Made by a program: the position numbers and the translations under genes | NCBI RefSeq assembly: GCF_963921235.1 | Contig: NC_086108.1 | Location: forward strand, 67,582,001-67,646,000 | Length of the DNA: 64,000 bases | Direction of reading: 5' to 3' | DNA from: Mobula hypostoma | Taxonomy: Eukaryota | The notes under the pieces: generated by a model | Database searches by the model: none | What the model was told of the DNA's origin: nothing | Seen by the model: only the letters and a program-made list of their open reading frames with translations | In this document: positions 52,660 through 64,000 of the stretch, one piece after another | Position numbering within the stretch: position 1 is the stretch's first letter | How the letters are laid out: every line of letters begins with the position of its first letter

Positions 52660-53490
52660 ATGTCTCAATTGTGGTTTCTCCGCATCATGACAGGGCTCTC
52701 TACCAAGTCTGTCTTATTTCTCATATTTTTGCCCTCAACTCCTTTTCTTCCTCGCTCAAAGAGGGCACGATTCAGCTTCTTTTCACTTTCTACTCTACCA
52801 GTCCATATTCAACATATCACCCTCCTGATTGCCATCATCTCCAAAATAATATCACCAACAGACAGTTCTTCCCTTCCGCAACATTGTAAAGATACTGCTC
52901 CCCCTACAATTCACTGGTTTACCCTACCACTGCTATTAAGCCTCCTTCTCTTACTCGCAGTGTCCTTCCACGCAGTCATAGGAGATTGGAACTCTGCATT
53001 TTTACTTCCTTTCCATTATCCAGGGATCCAAACACTCCATCCATTTGGACTTCTTCCAATTTAGTATACTGCATTCAGTATTCACAATGTGATATTCTCC
53101 GCATTGGAGAAACCAGACACAGATTGAGTAACTAGAGACACAAAAGACGCAGATGCTCGACAGACTGAGTGACTACTTTGTTGAGTACCTCTGTTTAGTT
53201 TGCAATGGTGATTCTTAGCTTCCAGTGCCTGTCACTCAAATTCTCCATTTCACTCCAATTTTATGCTTTTGGCCTCTTACACAGCTTGAGGAAAAGCATC
53301 TCACCTTCCCGAATGGAACACTTCAGTTGCTAGGACTCAACACTAAATTCAATAAATTCAGATAATCAGTCTTTCCATTTTGCATCAGAAAAAGTTTTTT
53401 AATGAAAATATATCAGTTTGTAATTTAAACACTATGCTTTGCTCTTCAGAACCATGGCCTGACATGCTGAGCATTTACAAAATCCTCTGT
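52660..53490 (+). mobile_element. Old Penelope-like fragment
   Basis: Degenerate GIY-YIG-like region at about 53060-53200 (IGETR.RL), similar to 54490-54800. Confidence 0.55.
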
Positions 53491-54489
53491 TATTTCAGGC
53501 TTTTAGTAAATTCATATTCTGTACCTCACAGTACCGGCAGTGCTTCCTCTGTCTCCTCTGTCCTCAATAATCTCATCTCAATGAAACAAACTATTTGCCC
53601 TTGACAAAGGCTTTACCACATTCAAACAGGAATCCAGCTTTCTGGGTCTCCACTGGGTCATAGGCTTTTCTTATTGGTAGACAGTGATCATGCAAATATG
53701 CATAAAACAACAATTAGGCCAAATCTACAGAGCTGCTCTCTAGTTTCTCACTGTGTTGCTCACCATTTGAAAAGAAGGATATGATAGCATAAAAGAGGAA
53801 GTAGAGGAGATTTGAGGATATTGTCACAGCTGGAGAATACTAGTTATGAGGTGAGATTGTTTTCCTGAAAAAGACAGCCAAAGTGAGTTTTAATTAAGGT
53901 GCAAAAATTAAGGGCACCCTATACCGGGTAAATGTGAGAGGAGTTATAGAATTAAAGTAATTGTTAGAAAAATTAGAGGCATTGACAATTTTTTCCTCAA
54001 CCAGGGAATGTGTCAACTTGAAAATGTAGCAAAGACAGAAACCAGCATTATTCAGAATGCCTTAAGCAACGGACCCAGGGAAATGCGATACACCTAAAGA
54101 TCTCTTTTTGGTCAATGATTTTGCAGGGAACCTATCCGTAATAGAATTTTATTTTATTCAATAGAGATAAAAGAATTCTGCTGTTTGCCATTCCTATCCA
54201 CTAGTCTGTGCTATTGTACAGATCAAATATGCTGAAAATGTTGCATTGAGTAGAACTTTTTTTAATTGCAGGTTGATATTTACTTTCTTTTTAGATTTTC
54301 TGAATACTTGACCAGCCTAGGAGTATCCAGAGCATTGTTGTTGAGTACCGTAGGAAAAAATAGGATGAAACGTTTGCAATATTAGGTGAACGGGACTTCC
54401 TGTGCAATGGTATCAGGTTCTGACACCAAGTCCTTCCTGTTGTGAAAGAGAATTCACAAAATATTCTATTCACTTCCTCCCTTACCTCC

Positions 54490-55232
54490 ATTCAGGGCCC
54501 AAAACAGTATTCTAGGTGAGGGAACACTTCACCTGCAGATCTGCTGAGGTTGTCTGTTGTATCCGGTTTCCTGATGCTGACTCCTCTACATTAGTCAGAC
54601 CCTAAGGAAACTGGGGGACTGCTTTGTCAAGCACCTCCGCTCCAACTGCCAAAAGCAGAATTTCCTGGTGGCCAACCATTTTAATTTCTATCCCAATTCC
54701 TGTTCTGATATGTCAGTTCATGGCCTCCTCTTTTGCCATAATGAGGCCACTCTCAGAGTGGAAGAGTAACACCTCATATTCTGTCTAGGTAGCCTCCAAC
54801 CTGATGACATGAACATTGATTTCTCCTTCTGGTAATTTTTTTTCTTTTTTTTAAACTCGCCCATCCCTCTTCTTCTATTTCCCTCTTTGGCCTCCTACCT
54901 CTTCTCCTCACCTGCCTATCATCTTCTGCTGGTGTTCCTCCTTCCCCTCTTTCTCCCATAGTCTATTCCCCTCTCCTATCAGATTCCTTCTTCTCCTGCC
55001 TTTTACCTTCCCCACTCACTTGGCTTCACCTATCGCCTTCTACTTGGTCCTCTTTCCCTTCCCACTACCTTTTTTATTCTGGCATCTTCCCCTTCCTTTC
55101 CAGTCTTGAAGAAAGTTCTCGGCCAGAAACGTTAAAATTCATATCCATAAATGCTGCCTGACTTGCTGAGTTCCTCCAGCATTTTGTGTGTGTTGCTCTG
55201 GATTTCCAGCATCTGCAGAATCTCTGGTGTTT
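54490..55232 (+). mobile_element. Penelope-like 3' region (GIY-YIG remnant plus terminal repeat)
   Basis: HFTC....VV.CI, LYI..T.RKLGDCF..HLRS and VANHFN motifs. A pyrimidine tract, a decayed hammerhead and the terminal repeat follow. Confidence 0.75.
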
Positions 55233-56049
55233 ACAAAATATTGCTGTCAGCTATTTGGAGAGTTTAACATCGCAAACATTTAACATTCATAGATAAGGTT
55301 AAGCTCAAAGCTGAAGAACAGGTGAAATGGATGAAAAAAATGTAAAGTGACACATAAAGAATTAGTTGAAAGACATTATAAAAATAAAAATTATCTTCAA
55401 TCTATGTTTCTTAATGTAGAAGCATCATAAAAATAGAGTACTAATTTGCGATGACACTAGACCACATAATGGCACTAAGACAGGAATATTAATTATTTAT
55501 TTAACTTAAGCTTCAATTGAAATAACAAGTATGTTTAAGCAGTCAATTCATTTTTATTAGAGTCACAGAGTCGCACAGCAGACAGCACAGAAACAGGCCC
55601 TTTGGTCCAATTCGTCCATGCTGATATCATGTTGATATTTGCATAACGTGCAAAGGCAATGAAACCACAACAATCAGAACCTTGAAACTGGATTATGTAA
55701 ACACAAATTTTTAATGAAAAATAAAAGGAAAACTAACTGGAAATTGGAAACACCATACAAATTGTTCAAAATCCATGATTTATGTTCTGGATCCTTTGAC
55801 TGGATTCAACCTCTGCACAGAGGATCACAAGTGTCCAATACATGCCTCGATGCCACTTCCAAAATCTTTATCTTACATGAATGGCTCACTAATACATATT
55901 GAAGCAGGCTATTTCACCAAGAGTTAATGGTAACCTGTTTTCCAGTACTGCGAACACAACTGATGTAGGGTCCCTATCATGGGAACCACATACACAATTC
56001 TCCTCTGGGACCTTTCACCCTACTCACTGCAGCAAAACCCACTACCTCC

Positions 56050-56540
56050 AAAGTCTGTGGTGGCCAGTGCTATCATGTCTACTGTTGTGTGCTAGGGCAG
56101 CAGGCTGAGGGTAACAGACACAAACAGAATCAACAAACTCATTCGTAAGGCCAGTGATGTTGTGGGGATGGAACTGGACTCTCTCACAGTGGTGTCTGAA
56201 AAGAGGATGCTGTCCAAGTTGCATGCGATCTTGGACAATGTCTCCCATCCACTACATAATGTACCAGGTGGGCACAGGAGTACATCCAGCCAGAGACTCA
56301 TTCCTCTGAGATGCAGCACAGAACGTCATAGGAAGTCATTCCTGCCTGTGGCCATCAAACTTTACAATTCCTCCCTTGGAGGGTCAGACACCCTGAGCCA
56401 ATAGGCTGGTCCTGGACTTATTACCTGGCATAATTTACATATTACTATTTAACTATTTATGGTTTTATTACTATTTATTATTTATGGTACAACTGTAACG
56501 AAAACCAATTTCCCCCGGGATCAATAGACTATGACTATGA
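56050..56540 (+). mobile_element. Rex1-type 3' end, same family as 26529-27446
   Basis: C-terminus is near-identical to ORF 26980-27300 (..KSFLPVAIKLYNSSLGGSDTLSQ). (ATGACT)n tail. Confidence 0.9.
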
Positions 56541-59394
56541 CAAACCTGACAGATCCCCAACCCACCAAAGATCACTGACAGCACTCATGCAAGCACTTCC
56601 TAAATACAAAATCCTTCCCCAAGTACCACTCTGTATCCACCAACTGCATTCTCATGACTACCATTGCAACCAGTTGATTCTTGGTCCTATGTCTCTACCC
56701 ATCAAATTGGCCTGGTATAACTTCTAATCACTTTTATCAACCTCCATGTTTCTCTCCCCCAAAATCTCCAATTTCTTTAACCCATATTTATTTGAGTGAT
56801 GACAGCGTGTACACCATTGACTGTACAATGCCTGTTTTGAAATACACAATGCTTTTTAGCTGCACCAGCACCAGACAATTTCTAGTCAAGGGATTTTAGA
56901 TTGCTGAAAAGATTACTACAAGATAAATTCACAATTTTCTCAATTTAGCAAAATGCCTGGGACTCTGCAAAGCATAATGTTTTTAAGCATTCTTCAATAA
57001 CCTTCTTCTAAAAATCTTTTCAGGCTCTTCTCAGGCTTCTTACAGGTAACTGAAGAGAGTAATCAAATAAAATGTCTATTGTAATTTACTCTTGAAAATA
57101 CTGTTATGAGCTGACAAAAAAAGATACAGATGCATAAACATTTGCAAACTTTTTCACTGTACCTTCATGCGACAATAATAAAGCAATTCACCTAACTGTC
57201 AGGAACTAATAATCAAGCACTACTTGATTCATATCACATTTCATCTACCTTTGAATTATGCATCCACTTAGAATTTGTAACCACAGGCTGCTCATCCAAC
57301 AAATGTAAACAAGAGACTGTTCAAATATCTGCGGCTGCATTTGCTCTTGGTGCTCAAAAATCTTCTAAATTATAGAGTATTCTGTAATTCATTCTATGTA
57401 CAAATCTATATAATAGTTTGAATATAAAAGCTATTCAATACCTAAAATAGATACTTTTAGCATTTACTCAGCATTTATAATAACTTACTGTTCTTGATCC
57501 TTAATTATTAGAGCCCTTATTCATCTAATTTTCTATGGAAATAATAAATCTGATGATATTACAATCAATGGTATCTTTTGGCTCCTAGCTGCAGAAGTAT
57601 CTGTACAGCATTAAACTAATGGTTTGCACACGTTCCAGTTCCTCATCTGAGTGATGGGAGTCATACAGGAACATAGCCTGGATTTTGTTTGATGTCTCAT
57701 ATAATGGTTAAGTTAAATATGAATATAATGCCTGATTAGAGAAACCAGATTGAAATGTCAGCAGATGATAATACATTGCAAAAACTCAAGATTTCTGTAA
57801 AAACAAGTGAAATTACTCTAAGTCACAATGTCAAAATTCAACCTTAGTCTTTGATTCATGGTGGAACACGTTTTTTCACTCTTTATCCTTCTTCAATACA
57901 GAAATTTGGCAGATTAAATTCAAATATTAGGAGTCAATTCATATCAACAACTACTCAAGTTCTGCATTAAATTGTCATTAGAAGTTATTAGAAGTCATTA
58001 GAAGAGATAGCTTTGCATTGTAGGAGGATTTTCAATGCAGATTATGAACAGGCAGAGAAAGATTTAAGATTAAAGATTAGTTTTAATTTGTCACATGTAC
58101 ATTATGAGATTGACACGTACAGTGAAAATGACCAAGACAGTCTGACTATTTGCTGGGGGCAAACCACGAATGTTGCCATGCTTCCAATGCCAGCACAGCA
58201 TGCTAAAACTTACTAACGCTAACCAGTTCATCTTTGCATTATGGGAGGAAATCAGAACACCCAGAGGATTATCCACAAAACATACAAATAAAAATATCTG
58301 ATATTGACTCTAAACGCAAGACTAACCTCAAAGCTACTATATGCTAAGTAAATTTAAGAACAAGCTTCTTGGTTACATGTTATTTTTCAATGCACAGATA
58401 GCAATCCCGCAATCCAAATTGTTCATTTTAGAACTTACTGAATGGAATAACAAAAGGTAAAACCTACAAAAGCCTCTCTGAGAACTCACAGCCTTTGTAG
58501 CATAAATGGAAAAATTCCTTTGCTCCTTTCACCAAATGTCTTCAAATCAGACAATATATTCAACCTCCAATGCCCTTTTTGTAAATCACAGCATAAGAGA
58601 ATACTCTCCTCTAAATGTTCTCTTGAAAAGGGATTAAAAAAAAGCAATTGTTTGGGCCTATGGCACAAAATTAAAGGTAAAACAATACAGCTGTGCAATA
58701 CTATTTACACCTAACTCAATTCCACAGTTACTACATTTCAAACACTTTATGATGTAATAATTGTATTACTAACACTATATTATATAATTTTAGTGTAGAT
58801 AATTTACAGCTAAAAGTTACTGCTAAGTGCATAACTGCAAAAAAGCAACTAAAAGTTACTGGATAATTTTTCCTTTATAACCCAAGCCAGTTGCTGCAAT
58901 GGAATGTTTATTTATATATCCACATGAATCTAATCTCTATCTAAACACCAAAAGCTCAACTAAAATGAAATTTCTAGATGATCCAATATCTCATGCTCCT
59001 TTATCAACTAAGGGGGTTATTGGAGCTACTGCTGCAACACACTGCTGGGAGACCTAAAGCTTGAAGAATAGAAATCAGAAAAGAACAAAACCCTTTCTGA
59101 AGCTGCCAGGAATTACATTCCAATGAAGTTGAGTAACTGTGCTTACTTTGTAGTTAACAAATAAAACTTCATCAGAGATATATTACATACATATTTAGAC
59201 TGCTATTTACTCAGTATTAACATATCAACTTCAATATTGTTCTTTTTTCAAAGAAACAGGATTCCTTTTGATGAGCTCCTCACCAATTCTTAAAAATTAA
59301 AACAAATAGGTCAGTAGATGTGACTGGTGTCAAACCTATCAAAGAGCATATTTACAAAATAATCTAGAAGCATGGATTTAATCAAGGCAAATAA

Positions 59395-60755
59395 CCACTT
59401 CCTCAATGGCAAGAAGACAAAGATGATGGCTATTGACTTCAGGAAAACACATACCACTCACACCTCTCTTCACATTGGTGGCTCAGCAGTGGAAAATATA
59501 AGCGGTTTCAAACTCTTGGGAGTGCACATCTCACACAATCTTTCACGGTCTCAGAACACATCCTCCACAGTCAAGAAAGCTCACCAATGCCTCTTCTTTC
59601 TGAGGAGACTGAAGAAAGCAGGATGGACTATGTACGGCAATACTCTCATCATTCTACAGACATGCAGTTGAGAGCATCCTTAATATGCAACATCATATGG
59701 AAACTGCACTGTGATGGACAGAAAGACTCGACAATTGGTAGTTAAAACTGCCCAATGAGTCACTGGCATTAACCTGCAAACCATCAAGCACATATATACA
59801 AAAGAATGCCAAAAAAAGGCCAGCAATATCGTGAAGGATCCTACCCACCCTGCTTATGCACTGTTCGTCCCACTCCCATCAGGAGGAAGGCTACACAGCA
59901 TTCATTCTGATCAACAAATCCACCACCACAACATCCACATCAGCCACTCATCTCCACAACCCCTCAGCATCCAATATCCCCCATGCACTGCCACTTTACA
60001 GTTACTTGTACATTGTGTTTTATAGGATTGCTTTATATTTATTATGTTCTTTATGATTATGGGGTGTTAGCTTTCATAAGTCGAGGGATAGAGTTTAAGA
60101 GTCACGAAGTAATGATGCAGCTCTATAAAACTCTGGTTAGGTCACACTTGAAGTACTGTGTCCAGTTTTGGTCGCCTCACTATAGAAAGGATGTGGAAGC
60201 ATTGGAAAGGGTACAGAGGAGATTTACCAGGATGCTGCCTGGTTTAGAGAGTACGGATTAAGATCAGAGATTAAGGGAGCTAGGGCTTTACTCTTTGGAG
60301 AGAAGGAGGATGAGAGGAGACATGATAGAGGTGTACAAGATAATAAGAGGAATAGATAGAGTGGATAGCCAGTGCCTCTTCCCCAGGGCACCACTGCTCA
60401 ATACAAGGGGACATGGCTTTAAGGTAAGGGGTGGGAAGTTCAAGGGGGATATTGGAGGAAGGTTTTTCACTCAGAGAGTGGTTGGTGTGTGGAATGCACT
60501 GCCTGATTCAGTGATGGAGGCAGATACACTAGTGAAGTTTAAGAGACTACTAGACAGGTATATGGAGGAATTTAAGGTGGGGGGGTTATATGGGAGGCAG
60601 GATTTGAGGGTGGCCACAACATTGTGGGCCAAAGGGCCTGTACTGTGCTGTACTATTCTATGTTCTATATTATTATGCTTCTTTTATGCTACATCAGATC
60701 TGCAGTAACAATCATTTCTCCTTTACACTTGTGTACTGAAGAATGACAATAATCT
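59395..60755 (+). mobile_element. Rex1/L2-type fragment interrupted by CR1
   Basis: KTKMMAIDFRK, FKLLGVHIS and KKAHQCLFFLRRLK motifs. The 3' UTR continues after the CR1. Confidence 0.75.
60058..60668 (+). mobile_element. CR1 3' fragment
   Basis: YGVLAFISRGIEFKS..YCVQFWSP and RGDMIEVYKI motifs, plus the tail. Confidence 0.9.
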
Positions 60756-61586
60756 CGCATCTTAATGGAGTGTGGGGGGGGGGGGGTCAAAACCAAACAA
60801 CCTAAATTGTATATTTGTAAAATGTGCATGGAAATAAATGACTGTTTTGAAATTATGGTTTGCCGTTGTTGCGATGTTGATCAGATTATAAAGGTGGCAA
60901 AAGATTTAGAAATTAAAAAAAACATTGGCAGTTACGCATTGTTGCCCTAACAATAATTTTGTTTATCATCAAGTGACAAATACTGGTATTTTTAATTGGT
61001 TATTGATAAGTATCAACCCTCATACAGTGGAGATACTGCCACAAACTACTGAAACAGGTCAATCAGATAAATCCCGGATTCACCTGAGCGACATTTGTCC
61101 AAAAGCCCAAGCATACTGACCCATACAAATACTGAATCAATAACAATTTCTTGCAAAAGAAATGTAATTTCAAAAAGTAAGATCAAGTAATCAATATAAG
61201 AGCTGTGAATCAAGTCACCAATCAATTTTTTTAAAATGGCATTTGTAGCCTGGAAATTCAGAACATTACAATATTACTTAAAAACATAAGATATAATGCA
61301 TGAACAACTCACTTTTTAAGTAAAAGACATTATGATTAAAACAAGATGCTATTTACATTCTTATGTTTTTAACCTCACCTCTGAAATTGTTTCCATTGTT
61401 AAGAAAATCAAAAACATTTATTTTCACTTACTAAACTGACATGAAATTTGTTGTTTTGCAGCAGCAGTACAACAATATAATAAATCATGAAATTACTATG
61501 CATTGCAAAAGTAAATAAATAGACATAAAAAGGAATAATGAGGTAGTGTTCATGGACTGTCAGAAATCTGATGGCAGATGAGAGAA

Positions 61587-61746
61587 CAACAACAACAGAA
61601 ATTCTGCAGATGCTGGAAATTCAAGCAAACCTTTACTAACTCTTCCTTCAGTTAGTCCTGACGAAGGGTCTCGGCCTGAAACGTCGACTGAAACTCTTCC
61701 AATAGATGCTGCCTGGCCTGCTGCGTTCACCAGCAACTTTGATGTG
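61587..61746 (+). mobile_element. Penelope-derived mini-insert with 15-bp TSD
   Basis: TGGCAGATGAGAGAA at 61572-61586 and 61747-61761. Confidence 0.8.
61652..61691 (+). ncRNA. Minimal type I hammerhead ribozyme (PLE-associated)
   Basis: ttagtc-CTGACGA-agggtctcggcct-GAAA-cGTC^gactga. 6-bp stem I, short stem II and a palindromic ACGT stem III, which would need dimerisation. Confidence 0.7.
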
Positions 61747-62559
61747 TGGCAGATGAGAGAAGCTGTTTTCTGAATTATTGAATCTTGTATTTCCTCTCCA
61801 ATGGTAGTAATAATAAGAAGGAATGCCCCAGAGGGACAGGGCCCCTAGTAATGGATCCCATCATCTTGAGGCAGATGTCATCAATGGTGAGGAGAATTGT
61901 GACCATAATGGAGCTCACTGACTCTACAACCCTCTGCAGTTTTGTGAAATCCTGTTCACTGAAGCTGCCACACCAGGCTGTGAAGCTGCCAGTCAGAACG
62001 CTCTCTACCTTACATCTATATAAATATGTCAAAGAGTATTTGATGACATACCAAATCTCCTCAAACTCCAAACAAAGTAGAGCTGCTGATGTGCCTGCTT
62101 TGTGATTGAATCAATGTGTTGGGCACAAAATTGGGCCTCCAACGTTGATGTCCAGGAACTTAAAAGTTACTCATTCTTTCCAGCAATGACCACTCAAAAA
62201 GGACTCCTGTATGTTCTCCCCACTCCTCCTTCTTAAAGTCCACAATCAATTCCTCGGTCTTGTTGACACTGAGTTTGAAGTTGTTGCAGTTGTGACAGTC
62301 CTAAACCAGCTGATACATCCCTCCTGAACACCTACTTATCGCCACTTAAGACTTAACTAACATCAGCAAATTTATAGATGACATTTGACTTGTAATTAAC
62401 CACACAGTCATGAATGTGGAGAGAGTAGAGCAGTGTTATATTGTGCTATTTAGAGTATATCATGTGAAATAAAGCAGAGTAGAGTATTTTCTTAAATCAG
62501 AGACCTATAATATAACAAACAAGTCCTTACATATCTCCCCTCTGTCCCCCGCCCACTTT

Positions 62560-63150
62560 CAGCCGTCCCTCAGGGGTCAAGGATGACTTACTTCCAGTTC
62601 AGCTGGGTGGGTTTGTGATAGTTCACAAGAGCAGTATTGAAGTTGCATAATGAACGCTACGTGGAGCTGGTGGTCCATGACGGTGTTGGTAAAAAGGGTA
62701 ATTTGGGAACTGGTGCTCTTTCCACCAGTTATGCCAGGCTTCTGCATGCTCCAGCTGAAGGAATTCAGGATTATAAGTGCCATTCTGAATGTTTCTACTT
62801 CATTTTGAATTGTTGTCCGCTAAGGAATCCCAGTGGTCAGTGAAATTGCCATACTTTTTCTAAGGAGACACAGCAAATTATTTTTGTTGTCCACAAAATG
62901 GTTGTCAAATAGTTGCTGGATCTTCTGCAGCCTTTCCAATACAATCTGTTCTTTACACAGTCAGCTGGACCTTAGCCCTCAGACATCAGTAGATTTCGTA
63001 ATACAAGATCATTTTATCTTTAGATAATTAGCACCCAGACAATCCTGATCATTCTTATCAAATCAACCCAAATGTATTCAGGTAGAGAAGCCAAGGGTCT
63101 TTACATAGGTGGCAATTGTCTTGGAACTCAGATCAGTCCAGACTTATGTG
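62560..63150 (-). mobile_element. Degenerate RTE-like fragment
   Basis: Weak resemblance to an RTE 3' end and RT thumb region on -. Confidence 0.35.
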
Positions 63151-63706
63151 AATACTTGAAAACTCCTGATAACAGATGCTTTCATTGTGGTTCCTTTAAC
63201 TTTGCTTAAGAAAAGGTGGTGCAAGTACGGACAGTGTATAGAGGGAAATTGTCAAAAGTTCCAATATTTGTAGACCATATTCCAAGAAGTCACGAGAGAC
63301 CCCATGCTCCTATCTCAATTTCTCCTTTCATCTATTATAAAATCATAATAACCTTCTTATTCTTGTTCCCAACATCATCTAGGCCTGTTTATTCCCCAAC
63401 TTACAGAGACAGAGTCCTAGAATTATGCTGGATGGGAACAGGTCCTTGGGCCCAACTTGTCCTCAAGTTGCCTCTGTTTGCCCATGACCTTTGAAACCTT
63501 TCCTATCCACGTATCCGTGAAAATGTCTTTTAGAAGATGTAAATACTTCCAACTCCATCACTTCTAAATGCGGAGATTGCATGCAATACTTCTAAAATTA
63601 CAAATTTATATTGACATACTACCCATACTTATGTTCACATGAACAGAATATTACTAGTCTTAAAATAAGTATAAATGTGAAAAGAAAAAAAAATGTAGAA
63701 AACTAC

Positions 63707-63882
63707 CTCTCTCGAAGAGATAATCGCTTTAAGATAGGGCTTTGTTTCTGGAAATATGATGATGCTGAACAGTTCATTACCATCGCAGGAGAGAATTGTC
63801 TGCCAGCTGGTCCTGACATAATATGTGCATCAGTGCCTTCAGAAAAAACATCTAGATCTTTCTCACGAGGCTTCTTGATGGC
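63707..63882 (-). CDS. SPATA6: SPATA6 coding exon, 176 bp; upstream exons lie beyond the window
   Basis: ttactttctag|GCC...GAGAG|gtagtt. Encodes AIKKPREKDLDVF...QSPILKRLSLRE(R). Compare SPATA6 SPVLNRASLRER. Confidence 0.87.
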
Positions 63883-64000
63883 CTAGAAAGTAATAAAAAA
63901 AGGCTGTAATTATTATCACTAGAAATACACAGAGAGAGCTTTGACCTTGGCAAATCATAAGTCTTTAGAAATACCACTGTATCTTGATTTAACAGAAGCT

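Larger units (their letters stand above)
61415..62430 (-). mobile_element. Rex1/L2-type LINE 3' fragment
   Basis: YRCKVESVLTG..LQRVV motif on -. Confidence 0.7.

Noticed and set aside
54283..54436. Exon-like minus-strand segment
   Set aside because: Stops occur in all three frames before the best donor, and there is no homology.

Overview
Vertebrate genomic DNA, most likely a cartilaginous fish; the repeat families suggest a ray, but that is an inference. Two convergent spliced genes are present. The last six coding exons of SLC5A9 (SGLT4) lie on + (1195-17254). The last four coding exons of SPATA6 lie on - (63882 down to 33090), and most of these are missed by the ORF track. All exons have GT-AG borders and consistent phases, and the tail-to-tail order matches the known vertebrate SLC5A9-SPATA6 synteny. 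The rest is transposon-rich: CR1 LINEs (one young copy with an uninterrupted ORF2 of about 840 codons), Rex1/L2-type, RTE and L1-type LINEs, a HERO/R2-type retrotransposon with a restriction-like endonuclease, Penelope-like elements (PLE), Tc1 and hAT transposons (including a triple nest), a SINE and a MITE. The most notable observation is a complete set of hammerhead-ribozyme core motifs in a non-circularly permuted (pseudoknotted) order in the 3' UTR of the HERO element (47907-47981, -). Small Penelope-derived inserts with minimal hammerheads and 13-15 bp target-site duplications (TSDs) are also present. Repeat boundaries are approximate, and family names come from motif recognition, not from database searches.
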